From the IMG/VR virus record IMGVR_UViG_3300020037_002115: a stretch of DNA of 38,496 nt; one strand, 5' to 3'. Made by a program: the position numbers and the translations under genes. The DNA comes from a virus. Of this stretch, positions 24,260 to 33,028 are shown piece by piece. Within the stretch, counting starts at the first letter, position 1, and each line of letters opens with the position of its first letter. The notes beneath the pieces are model-generated. The model did not search any database. It worked only from the letters and a program-made list of their open reading frames with translations, and was not told the DNA's origin.

Positions 24260-25228
24260 TTATCCCTCTAAGCTTCCAGGCTTCTTAGGCTTGTCAGAAG
24301 CTTCTCTAACCTCTGCTCCTGTAATCTGCCCGCTTGCGTCCTTAAGAAACTGATACCGCTTAATACTTGCTTTTGCTTTCTCTTTTTTATCCGGTGCGTC
24401 AGATTGTAAAATACTGCTTAACTCAGCTAGATGATTATCCGCGTGTTCTCTCTTTCTTTGCTGGGCATCAACAGTAGCAACTAACTTATTAAAATCAGAA
24501 TCTTTCTGCTCCATCTTCAGTCTAAGCGCATCAATAGTTGCTGCTAAATTAGTTTGCATTACCGCAATTTGCTGATTAGCTTTTTCTATTTCAGTGTTAG
24601 ACTGAATTTTTAAAACCTCAACTTCTAACTTCTTATTATCTATCAATACATCCTGCTGTATCTTCCAAAAATCTTGAGCTAGTTTTGCTTGCTCAATCTG
24701 CGCTTTGGCCTGCCTATCCATGTCCTCCATTTGCGCCTTAACTTGCATGATTTGCAACTCAATCTGATCTTTTTGCACACTAGCTTGCATCTCTGCTTGC
24801 TTGCCCTGCATTGTCATTTGCGCGATTTGCTGATCTGATTGAGCTTTAATCAAGGCGGGGTCAGGAGGAACCTGCGAAGCTGCCTCCATTTTTTGTCTAG
24901 CAATATCCGCAACCTGTTCAAGCATTTCCGTATACATAGCTTCATCTTCTTTGCCCCCCTTATAGTGGCGTGAAACACGCTGCATGAATTTAATCGCAAA
25001 CTTAGCCATCGGTGGATACTCAGTAATCATATCTTTCATTTGCTGAAAGAATGAGCCTGTGCTTTGTAGTAAATCTGCGTTGTCTGCGCGCTCTTGCTTC
25101 TGGTCTATTGCGACCATTGAGTCTGAAGCAATTACTAGTTTAAATAGTTGACGCGATTCCTTAAGCAATGAAACGCATTCAAGCGCTCTTTGTTCCCAGG
25201 GGATTGGCATCGACATTGGTTGTTCCAT
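24260..25228 (-). CDS. coiled-coil protein adjacent to the portal (322 aa)
   Basis: It has TAATG overlap with the portal stop. A long Gln/Glu/Lys heptad-like region is present. Confidence 0.5.
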   Translation of the reverse strand: MEQPMSMPIPWEQRALECVSLLKESRQLFKLVIASDSMVAIDQKQERADNADLLQSTGSFFQQMKDMITEYPPMAKFAIKFMQRVSRHYKGGKEDEAMYTEMLEQVADIARQKMEAASQVPPDPALIKAQSDQQIAQMTMQGKQAEMQASVQKDQIELQIMQVKAQMEDMDRQAKAQIEQAKLAQDFWKIQQDVLIDNKKLEVEVLKIQSNTEIEKANQQIAVMQTNLAATIDALRLKMEQKDSDFNKLVATVDAQQRKREHADNHLAELSSILQSDAPDKKEKAKASIKRYQFLKDASGQITGAEVREASDKPKKPGSLEG

Positions 25229-26754
25229 TACATTGACCCTTGTTGCATTGGAGATTGTGATAAAGGAGCTTGCACTAAAGGTTCAAACAACTCCCTAGCA
25301 CTTCCACGCTCTAAAATAGTCTGCGGAGATAGGCAAGTAGCAATCACAGTGCCCAGCTTTTCAATCCCTTCTCCAACATGATTTGTAAATTGGTTCTGCT
25401 TGACTATCAGGCCCATTGATGACCATGCGTTCTCAAATCTGTTAGCCGTTGCTGTCTTAGTTGGGTTGCTAATCCCCTGCATTAAGTCAGAGATTTTTAA
25501 AGTTTGAAACAGCGATTGTTTAGCTGCTTCGAGCTGTTCGCTAATGACCTGCAATGCGTTGACATAAGGCTCAACATTTAAGTATTCAGTACCACCGCTT
25601 AACCCTCCTGCGGCTCTTGTCCTTTCCCACTGTTTAACAGGGCGCATCTGTAAATCACCCTTAAACATATCTTGCATTACATCCCCTAATGTTGGGTTGT
25701 AAATTCCGTTTGCTCGAATTGCTTGAATCAAACCATGCTTACGCTCTGCCAATCTCTCAACCTCTAAAATCTGATCTTTCGAACTAGCAAAATCTGAGAC
25801 CGGAATAGTTGACTCAGGATCTACGCATTGAGCTAGCACAGAACAAGGATAAAAACCTGGGTACTTAATTGGCACAGGCCCAGATTCTACTACCGAAGAT
25901 TTGCCGCGTGATTGAATAAAGATTTGCTTGCCGTTCTCTTCGTCCCACACTTCCCAGATATCAGCTTTCCCATTCTGAGGGTTTCTGTCTTGGTCGTTAG
26001 GTTTGCTGTCTTGCTGAAAACTTGGGTATGCATCGTACTTCAATTTGTTTGCTGTCTCTTTACCAAACAAATCTTCCGCTTCTTCTCTCGTCAAATACCC
26101 ACGCTTAGCCCTCCACTCAACTTCGTTTTCGTTCTGAGCATCAGAGTTTAAATAATTATTATAAGCTACAAACTTTAAGACCGCTTTCTCAGACTCAATC
26201 GTATCAAGTTTATAACTAAAATTCTTGCCATTAGTTTCAACCTCCTTCGGATCGCCTTCATATAGTTTCCCGTCTGGTAAATATAAACCACCCTTGCCTG
26301 CTGTTAGTGGCACATCCTTTGGCTCCCCAAATGTGCAGTCGTATTCAGCCCAGAGAACTGAGCGACCAGTGAGTAAAACTGATAGCGCTGCCGAGTAACC
26401 AACAAAATCAAAATTAAAATCTAAGTCCATGCAGTACTGAGTGTTGCGTTCGAGTAAGACTGCGGCTAGGTCTAGGTTTTCGCTTCCTGCGTATTTGCGT
26501 AAATTAACTTCAGCCCTTGGGGTTGAGCTGTAGTAAGCAGGGAGTAATGTGTTTACGATATACTTCCAGATATTAACGCGCCTTGCTAAGCCTTCGAATG
26601 TGTCTCTTGTGTTGTAAACTTTGATTGATTGCTCAGCTTCCCTGTAAAAATGCTTCTCATGTCTCTTAATAGAATTCTGAATCTCTTGGCCCCAGTAAGC
26701 AGAATCATACTTGCTGGATTTAGTTGGTTCTTTGGTTTTCTTTTTCTGTGCCAT
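25228..26754 (-). CDS. portal protein (508 aa)
   Basis: It lies immediately downstream of TerL with a 1-nt overlap. Its size is typical of podovirus head-tail connectors. Confidence 0.75.
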   Translation of the reverse strand: MAQKKKTKEPTKSSKYDSAYWGQEIQNSIKRHEKHFYREAEQSIKVYNTRDTFEGLARRVNIWKYIVNTLLPAYYSSTPRAEVNLRKYAGSENLDLAAVLLERNTQYCMDLDFNFDFVGYSAALSVLLTGRSVLWAEYDCTFGEPKDVPLTAGKGGLYLPDGKLYEGDPKEVETNGKNFSYKLDTIESEKAVLKFVAYNNYLNSDAQNENEVEWRAKRGYLTREEAEDLFGKETANKLKYDAYPSFQQDSKPNDQDRNPQNGKADIWEVWDEENGKQIFIQSRGKSSVVESGPVPIKYPGFYPCSVLAQCVDPESTIPVSDFASSKDQILEVERLAERKHGLIQAIRANGIYNPTLGDVMQDMFKGDLQMRPVKQWERTRAAGGLSGGTEYLNVEPYVNALQVISEQLEAAKQSLFQTLKISDLMQGISNPTKTATANRFENAWSSMGLIVKQNQFTNHVGEGIEKLGTVIATCLSPQTILERGSARELFEPLVQAPLSQSPMQQGSM

Positions 26755-28208
26755 TAGATTGTAGTTTGGTTTTGCATTCTCTTATGCTCTGAAATAAATT
26801 CCGCAACTCTAACAACTCCGCGCTGTACTGTTGGCTTCTTAGGTGGATTGTATTGAGAGTCTAACAACGCCTCCATGAGCATATAACGACAAGCATCTAA
26901 TCCGTGATCGTTGCACATCGGGTCCATTTCTTCAGGGTGTTTAAGGTTAATCCCAGCCGCAGGTATAGTATCTAGTAAATAACGGCAATTTGTAAAGACG
27001 TAAAGCATAGGGGTTGTCCCTTGCTTGCCGAGTCTGCGTCTAAACTGTGACCAGCCAGCAAGCCTGTTCTTGTCGGCTGGGGTAAAATGCTGCTGGTCTT
27101 TGTACTCGTTAAAAACATTGCTGAACTCTTGAGCAATACTAACATTGCCCATGTCATTAAATATCTGAGTATCAGCAACCATCCTGCATTCTTCTCCTGC
27201 GGATAGTTTTGCAATGGTGTGCGCAATCTCTACGTTTTTAATCCCCTTGCCTGTGTATTCTCTGTAAATTACGATTGCGCCTTTTGGTATTGGAACTTCG
27301 CTTCCCTGGTCATCTCGACCGCTACTAATCGCACCCCAAACAGCGCAGAACGGAGAATTGTGCCCCCAGTCAAAACCACATAGCTTATGCCAGTGCTTAG
27401 GGATAGGAAACGGTTCTAGTAAATGCCTCTGTCCAAACTCAGGAAAGAAGCTGCCCTCGTGAATCTCAAAATCACCTTCAAGCCATGCTCTAACTAATTC
27501 AGGAGAACCGACCATGTGAAGCGCGTCAATGTAGTTTGGATCCTTAGCTAGCAAAATTGGGTTGTCTTTAATCTTACTCGGTATGTAAATATATGGGATT
27601 TTATTGCCGCTTGGTAATGTTTTATAGAGCGTTCGCATTCCTAGCGGTGCAGGCTTTACAAATAGCTCGCGCAGCCAGTAATGACCTGGGCCTCCAGGGT
27701 TAAAAGTAAGTATAAGCTGTGTTGGTACACCTGAAGTTGAACGCAGAGCCCCGAATAATTTCCATATTGGAGCTGGGTCTGGATAGTTACCAGCTTCTTC
27801 TACAGCGCAGTCGGTTAAATTTTGCCCCTGTAATTTAGCAGCATCTGAGTCATCCATCAGTGGTCTAAATCTTAACCGACCACCACCACGAAAAATAAAT
27901 TGACGCTCAACTTTGTTGTAACTTGCGCCCATTGGTTCATATAGGTCACGAGCGCGGTCAATTAAATCATCAGCTCCCGTTAGCTCACGCCTAAAAAATA
28001 TTCCATTGAAAGCTTTGCCGTAGCGCTGTTGTTTTAAGCCATATTTTCCGAGCACTCCATCAGTCTTACCTCCACCTCTAGCGCCTCCGAATCCGATTAA
28101 ACGATACGGACATTTGATTAAAATCTCTTGAGGGCTTGGAATGTCAGGGCGAATTACGCCGTCTTTAAAGGATGGCTGAGGTTGCCAGATTATATTTTGA
28201 CTACTCAT
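26754..28208 (-). CDS. terL: terminase large subunit
   Basis: It has Walker A GARGGGKT and a Walker B-like LTDCAVEEAG. The nuclease motifs are GFDWGHNSPF and DHGLDACRY. I preferred ATG 28208; the track start at 28235 is TTG. Confidence 0.9.
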   Translation of the reverse strand: MSSQNIIWQPQPSFKDGVIRPDIPSPQEILIKCPYRLIGFGGARGGGKTDGVLGKYGLKQQRYGKAFNGIFFRRELTGADDLIDRARDLYEPMGASYNKVERQFIFRGGGRLRFRPLMDDSDAAKLQGQNLTDCAVEEAGNYPDPAPIWKLFGALRSTSGVPTQLILTFNPGGPGHYWLRELFVKPAPLGMRTLYKTLPSGNKIPYIYIPSKIKDNPILLAKDPNYIDALHMVGSPELVRAWLEGDFEIHEGSFFPEFGQRHLLEPFPIPKHWHKLCGFDWGHNSPFCAVWGAISSGRDDQGSEVPIPKGAIVIYREYTGKGIKNVEIAHTIAKLSAGEECRMVADTQIFNDMGNVSIAQEFSNVFNEYKDQQHFTPADKNRLAGWSQFRRRLGKQGTTPMLYVFTNCRYLLDTIPAAGINLKHPEEMDPMCNDHGLDACRYMLMEALLDSQYNPPKKPTVQRGVVRVAEFISEHKRMQNQTTI

Positions 28209-28518
28209 CTGATTTTGGAGCGAACTTAGCAGCAAACTCCTCAGGGCTTAGTGCGCGTTCGAGCATGATTGCAAGTTGGCTTCCGTCTGGACCTGTTAAT
28301 TCAATTGACTCTGGAGCTTTACCATAAACACGATTAAAAATTGTGTCAGCAGCCCATCTATGCTCTTCAAATTGATCTGAGTTTAAATTCTTTTCAACTA
28401 GTTTTACGGCTTTAGGTACGTTATGGATTAGCAAATCAGCAAGCTGTTTGTTTAATCGTTTTTTACCGCCGTCTGAGCCTGTAGGGTTTGCAATGTTGCC
28501 TGGTTGAAACTTGGCCAT
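28201..28518 (-). CDS. terS: terminase small subunit candidate (105 aa)
   Basis: It lies directly upstream of and overlapping terL. The N-terminus FQPGNIANPTG resembles the GNP motif seen in many small terminases. Confidence 0.55.
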   Translation of the reverse strand: MAKFQPGNIANPTGSDGGKKRLNKQLADLLIHNVPKAVKLVEKNLNSDQFEEHRWAADTIFNRVYGKAPESIELTGPDGSQLAIMLERALSPEEFAAKFAPKSDE

Positions 28519-28580
28519 CGTGCATCGAGATAAGTGTTTAATTACACTAATTTAGCCATACCCCATTATAAAGCATTTGG

Positions 28581-29033
28581 CTAGCCTGATTCTACGATTT
28601 CCTTGAAGCGCTCGAACTCTCTAACCACCTCAACATACCACCCAATAGATTTAAAGTAAGCCAACCAGCGACGCTGATCATCACTTAGCGCTCCTTTTGG
28701 CATCTTAAGCTCAATTGCAATACCATGATTAGAGAGGCAAGAAGGCCCAAAATTGAGCCAATCAGGTAACCCCCTACGTTGGCCCGACCTCTTAGCAAAT
28801 AAGCCAGCCCTTAGCCCATATATGCCGCTACCGCGATTTTCTCCGGCAGGGTGGTACCAGCAATCTGCAATTCCTTTCTTTTCTAGATATTCGTTAGTGT
28901 AAATTTGGAAGCCGAGTTCAGATTTGGTTTGCGCTTGGCTTAGTCCCTGAATATATACCGGCGTTTTGCACCATAGAACTTCTATGTATCTGAGATTTTG
29001 TCGCGCCCCATATCTTAATCCTATCCTTGGCAT
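28581..29033 (-). CDS. VRR-NUC domain nuclease (150 aa)
   Basis: RRGLPDWL...IAIELKMPKG.LSDDQRRW matches the PD...ExK...Q core of VRR-NUC. Confidence 0.7.
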   Translation of the reverse strand: MPRIGLRYGARQNLRYIEVLWCKTPVYIQGLSQAQTKSELGFQIYTNEYLEKKGIADCWYHPAGENRGSGIYGLRAGLFAKRSGQRRGLPDWLNFGPSCLSNHGIAIELKMPKGALSDDQRRWLAYFKSIGWYVEVVREFERFKEIVESG

Positions 29034-29071
29034 TACTAAATCCTGTTAATCCGCAACCGACCGTAATTCTA

Positions 29072-29108
29072 CTTTCGGACGGCGCTCCTTATAGGAGCGC
29101 GCCGAAAG
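29072..29108. other. extended imperfect hairpin (15 bp paired)
   Basis: ctttcgg-acg-gcgctcct-tat-aggagcgc-g-ccgaaag. An inner 8-bp perfect stem is flanked by 7-bp outer arms. Confidence 0.85.
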
Positions 29109-29281
29109 CTGAAAGTTCGGTCTTTTGAACTTTTGGAACTTTTGGAAGCTTTTGGAAGGTATATTTCTGAAAGTTCCGAAAGTTCATTATATTTGATTTG
29201 AGCTTAAAACAGTTCATCTTCGTACTGCAATAAGTTATCTTTAAATTCACCTTCAGAGCTTTCAGAACTTTCAGAACTTTC
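29104..29281. repeat. cluster of GAAnnTTC-type 8-mers in both orientations plus 9-10-bp TTTTGGAAC tandem repeats; candidate iterons or origin
   Basis: GAAAGTTC occurs at 29111, 29169 and 29178, with GAAAGCTG at 29104. GAACTTTT occurs at 29127 and 29136, with GAAGCTTT at 29145. GAACTTTC occurs at 29265 and 29274, with GAGCTTTC at 29256; these last three lie inside the primase 3' end. Confidence 0.7.
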
Positions 29282-31069
29282 GGCTGGGTTCTCAGGGAAA
29301 GTAAGAAAAACGATAAACTTAGCCGTCCTGCCTTCTTTTGGTTTAAGGTTCTCTTCCGCTATTACCCCCTCTTTAACCAGCTCTTGGATTACCACCGTAC
29401 GCCGCTTTTCGGGTACTCCTATATTCCCCAGCTTTTCTCTAAATAATGCCACGGGGATCTTAGTTTCCCCTGAAATCATTTCTTTCCTAATGAAATCTTT
29501 AGCCTTATCAGCAAGGGATTCAACTGGCGTTTGTTTATTTTGAGCCGATCTAGCTGTTTGCTTTTCTGGGGGGATTGGTGACCAAATGAAGTGATTTTCT
29601 CTCCATTCAGCCGTAAATGGCTTTTTAGTAGCGTAGTTTCTAGTAATAAACTCAACCACTAAATGGTCTTCTTTATCTTTATGGGGAGTTAGGTAGATAG
29701 CGGCATCAAAATCACGAGCTAGCACACCAGAACCAGCTCCTCTATCTACGGTCTGTTGATCTCCTGCATGACCCTTCTTATCATGGTGTATGTAAACTAT
29801 TGCAGCTTTTGAATCTTCAGCTAACTTATCGAAGAATCTTAATATTGGCTTAATCTCTTCTGACTTAGATTCATCCCCATCTATTAACTTATAAAGCGGA
29901 TCAATTATAACAACCTCTGGTTTGTGAGTCTCTACTTGCTCCTTCATTAAAGTTTTTAAATCTTCAGTGACAATGCCGAAGCCCCTGGCATTCAAAATCA
30001 TTAAGTCATCAAGTTCGTTTGAGCCTATCTCCATTCCCGTTGCCATGCGCTTACACCTTAAATGATAGCGCTCTTTTCTAATTTCAAATTGTATTAAAAG
30101 AACTTTTTTTGGAATTGTATCAAACTCCAAGAACCGCCTATTCCCCGCAACGCAAAAGGCCAATTGTTGTGCAAAAAAAGATTTCCTAGTTTTTGATTGT
30201 CCAATGATTACAACTTTATCTCCTATATCAAAAACTCCTGGTAGGATTGGGATAGCCTCTGTTGTTGGCGATTCAAGCCAATTACTTACCCTTAATGCCT
30301 GTAATTTTTCGGGGGCCTTGTAGATTGATGTGCTATAAAAAATAATTTCAGATGCATCTCCGCCTAAATTAAGCCAGTCTGTTACGTCTGCTTTATCGGG
30401 CATATCTTTTGGCGCAAAAAGAAATATCTCTTTTACTTTTCCTAAAAGGTGTAATTTAATTTTCTCAGTTCTCTTTCTCCCTGTGTCGTCATTGTCTTGG
30501 CAAATTATTATCGTCTTATTTCTTAAGACATCAGTAAAAGACTCATCCCAATGAGCGCCGCCTGCTATGTTCGTAGTTGCGCAAAGGCCATGTGATATTA
30601 AATTGTCAGCATCCTTTTCCCCTTCAGTTATATAAACTGTGTCTGATTTAATTACTGAAGATAGGTTATAAAGTGGAACTTTTTGACCGTTTAATCCGCT
30701 AATAATTTGATTATTCTCTATTCTATTAATGCTAAAACTTTTAGGAAGTCTGCGTATTTTTTGAAATCGCTCTACGTCATTTTCATCTCTATATGGGTAA
30801 ATGATAGTTTTTTGATTTGTGTTGTTTGAATTTGCATTCTGCATATCTCTGGGCTCAAACTTATGAATTAAACCTCTATCTTCTGCTACTCTTTGAATGT
30901 CTTGCCAGTTGCAGTTTGCAAGGCAGTTAAAAACTACAGACCCATCTTCTTTATCGACAATGCCAAGCGAGGGCGTGTTGTCGTCATGGCATGGGCAAAG
31001 ACATTGCCAGCCCTTAGTTGATTTATGAGCTTTGCCAAATGCAATGGCGATTTTTTCAGCATTGCTCAT
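29204..31069 (-). CDS. bifunctional primase-helicase: zinc finger + Toprim + RepA/AAA_25-like NTPase (621 aa)
   Basis: The zinc finger is CLCPCHDD...NCLANC. Toprim motifs are ITEGEKDADN and CQDNDDTGRK. It has a P-loop-like IIGQSKTRKS, a Walker B VVIIDPL and an acidic tail ESSESSESSEGEF..YEDELF. Confidence 0.85.
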   Translation of the reverse strand: MSNAEKIAIAFGKAHKSTKGWQCLCPCHDDNTPSLGIVDKEDGSVVFNCLANCNWQDIQRVAEDRGLIHKFEPRDMQNANSNNTNQKTIIYPYRDENDVERFQKIRRLPKSFSINRIENNQIISGLNGQKVPLYNLSSVIKSDTVYITEGEKDADNLISHGLCATTNIAGGAHWDESFTDVLRNKTIIICQDNDDTGRKRTEKIKLHLLGKVKEIFLFAPKDMPDKADVTDWLNLGGDASEIIFYSTSIYKAPEKLQALRVSNWLESPTTEAIPILPGVFDIGDKVVIIGQSKTRKSFFAQQLAFCVAGNRRFLEFDTIPKKVLLIQFEIRKERYHLRCKRMATGMEIGSNELDDLMILNARGFGIVTEDLKTLMKEQVETHKPEVVIIDPLYKLIDGDESKSEEIKPILRFFDKLAEDSKAAIVYIHHDKKGHAGDQQTVDRGAGSGVLARDFDAAIYLTPHKDKEDHLVVEFITRNYATKKPFTAEWRENHFIWSPIPPEKQTARSAQNKQTPVESLADKAKDFIRKEMISGETKIPVALFREKLGNIGVPEKRRTVVIQELVKEGVIAEENLKPKEGRTAKFIVFLTFPENPAESSESSESSEGEFKDNLLQYEDELF

Positions 31070-31289
31070 TTTTAGATTGATTAGAAAAATTGATGTTTAT
31101 AATATCATTCTCTTTACCAATCAGATCCTTTAAATAAAACAATGCTTGTTGAATAAATTGACCATCTTCATATTGGAAGATAATGTCGTGTGATTTATCT
31201 AAGCCAGAAAACTTTAGAAAATAACCATCTATATAGATGCGGTAATATTTAGATAAATCTATTAAGTTGTTTTGAAAGACTACCCACAT
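31056..31289 (-). CDS. hypothetical protein (77 aa)
   Basis: I chose ATG 31289, which lies 1 nt after the stop of the upstream HTH gene. The track start would overlap that gene by 68 nt. Confidence 0.55.
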   Translation of the reverse strand: MWVVFQNNLIDLSKYYRIYIDGYFLKFSGLDKSHDIIFQYEDGQFIQQALFYLKDLIGKENDIININFSNQSKNEQC

Positions 31290-31290
31290 A

Positions 31291-31518
31291 CTAGGCCGCC
31301 TTTCTATAGCTACGAATCTTTTGAGAAAGTTTATAAAGTTCAATAGGAGTAGCACCATATAGCTCGGCTAGTCGCTCGTGGTACTTGTTAGGCACCCCCG
31401 CGATTCTCCAGCGCTCCACTGTGTATTGATGAATATTTAGATCAGAAGCAACCCTTTGGGCGTTCCCTGCTAAATCAAAGAGGTCCTGAATCGACTTAAT
31501 GCTTGTTGGTTTTGTCAT
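31291..31518 (-). CDS. Cro/YdaS-like HTH regulator (75 aa)
   Basis: GNAQRVASDLNIHQYTVERWRIAG is a helix-turn-helix. It is the first gene of the long minus-strand block and faces a divergent promoter region. Confidence 0.65.
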   Translation of the reverse strand: MTKPTSIKSIQDLFDLAGNAQRVASDLNIHQYTVERWRIAGVPNKYHERLAELYGATPIELYKLSQKIRSYRKAA

Positions 31519-31527
31519 AAAAAAAAT

Positions 31528-31533
31528 ATTATA
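31528..31533 (-). promoter_or_regulatory. candidate -10 (TATAAT) for the Cro-like gene, 9 nt upstream of its ATG
   Basis: The minus strand reads ACATATTTATAATATTTTTTTTATG. There is no good -35 (TAGATT) and no SD. Confidence 0.3.
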
Positions 31534-31539
31534 AATATG

Positions 31540-31568
31540 TTGACAGAATGAATCTATCTTAGTAAATT
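31540..31568 (+). promoter_or_regulatory. sigma70-type promoter TTGACA-17 nt-TAAATT for the replication block
   Basis: A consensus -35 lies at 31540-31545, the spacer is 17 nt, and the -10 lies at 31563-31568, about 29 nt upstream of ATG 31597. Confidence 0.55.
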
Positions 31569-31596
31569 CGATTTGTCGATAGGGAAAAGATTAAAG

Positions 31597-32211
31597 ATGA
31601 AAATAAATTCAATCACAATAGAAAGCATTTTTATTAAAGTAAGACATGGTAAAAATGTTAAATATGCTAATTGTATTTGCGAGTGTGGGAATAAGTTTGA
31701 ATCTTTCTTAGGTCATGTAAAAGATGGCCATACTAAATCGTGTGGATGCCGTAGAATAAGCGCAGCGAAAAAATTATTTACTACACATGGTCATAGTATT
31801 GGTAAGAAATTAGGCAGCACTTATAAAGTTTGGCGCTCTATGAAAAAGCGCTGTGAAATACCATCTGACACTGCTTATTCTAAATATGGTGCGGTTGGAA
31901 TTAAAATCTGCAAAAGATGGAATAAGTTCGAAAACTTTTTAAAAGATATGGGCGAAAGACCTTCTTTAAATCATTCAATAGATAGAATTAATAATAATAG
32001 CAACTACACTCCTCAAAATTGTCGCTGGGCAACAACAAAAGAACAATCAAGAAATAGGACTCATAATATTTGGATTGAGTATAAGGGCGAACGGTTAATA
32101 TTAGCAGATTGGGCATTAAAACTTAAAATAGGGGCAGCAACTATTAATTATAGATTAAAGGCCGGTTGGCCTATTGAGGATGTTTTGTTCAAGCCTCTTA
32201 GAATTTGGTGA
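31597..32211 (+). CDS. HNH endonuclease (AP2/HNH_3-like, 204 aa)
   Basis: It contains CICECGN...SCGC and HSIDRINNNSNYTPQNCRWATTKEQSRNR. I chose ATG 31597 because the track TTG at 31573 lies too close to the predicted promoter. Confidence 0.75.
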   Translation: MKINSITIESIFIKVRHGKNVKYANCICECGNKFESFLGHVKDGHTKSCGCRRISAAKKLFTTHGHSIGKKLGSTYKVWRSMKKRCEIPSDTAYSKYGAVGIKICKRWNKFENFLKDMGERPSLNHSIDRINNNSNYTPQNCRWATTKEQSRNRTHNIWIEYKGERLILADWALKLKIGAATINYRLKAGWPIEDVLFKPLRIW

Positions 32212-32235
32212 GTAAGTTAAATAAAGGAAAACAAT

Positions 32236-33027
32236 ATGACAATGAAAATAGTTAGAAGTGGAATAAGTAGACCGCCAGTGTTGCTCTTGTTTGGGAGCCA
32301 CAAATTGGGGAAAAGCACATTTGCAGCGGGTTGCCCAAATCCGTTATTTATACAAACGGAATCGGGATTAGAGGGGTTAGATGTTGATACATTTCCTCTA
32401 GTAAATAGCTTAGATGAATTTCATCAGGCACTAGATTCTGCTGAGAAAACCACAGGATATAAAACTTTAGTAATTGACAGCTTAGATTGGCTTGAGCGTT
32501 TAATTTTCAGACATGTATGCGCTCAACATAAAGTAAATGACATTGCTCAAATTGGATTTGCTAAAGGGTACGTTGCAGCCGAAGCCCTCTGGGGTGAAAT
32601 CATTGATCGTCTGGCTGTAATTAATAAAACTAAGAAGATGATTATTGTATTAATTGCTCATGCCACTGTGCAAAAGATTCAAGATCCAGAGCGCGAAGAT
32701 TATGATTGTATGTTGCCCGATTTGCATAAGAGATCGGTTAACCTTCTTAGTGAGTATGTCGATATTCTTTCATACTGTAGTTTAAAGCTTACGACAGTAA
32801 GTAAAGACAAAGGGCCAGCTAAAGCAAAAACTACTGGAGAGCGCGTCATGTATTTGACACCTAGAGGAGGCTTTACTGCTGGCAATAGATACGGGCTACC
32901 TGATTCATTGCCCTTAAGCTGGGCCGCTTTAGCTACTGAATTAAAAAAGAAGGCTAAGACAGTGGCGCAAATTGAAGAAGTAAAACCAGAATTAACAACA
33001 GAACAAGCACAAGTAAGAGTAAATTAA
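32236..33027 (+). CDS. AAA_24 / Sak4-like RecA-fold ATPase (263 aa)
   Basis: It has Walker A GSHKLGKS and Walker B TLVIDSLD. It is followed by an SSB-like gene, as is usual for this family. Confidence 0.75.
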   Translation: MTMKIVRSGISRPPVLLLFGSHKLGKSTFAAGCPNPLFIQTESGLEGLDVDTFPLVNSLDEFHQALDSAEKTTGYKTLVIDSLDWLERLIFRHVCAQHKVNDIAQIGFAKGYVAAEALWGEIIDRLAVINKTKKMIIVLIAHATVQKIQDPEREDYDCMLPDLHKRSVNLLSEYVDILSYCSLKLTTVSKDKGPAKAKTTGERVMYLTPRGGFTAGNRYGLPDSLPLSWAALATELKKKAKTVAQIEEVKPELTTEQAQVRVN

Positions 33028-33028
33028 T

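Noticed and set aside
28519-28580. TATAAT on the minus strand upstream of terS as a late promoter
   Set aside because: No acceptable -35 lies at 16-18 nt (AGAATC) and there is no extended -10, so the evidence is too weak to call.
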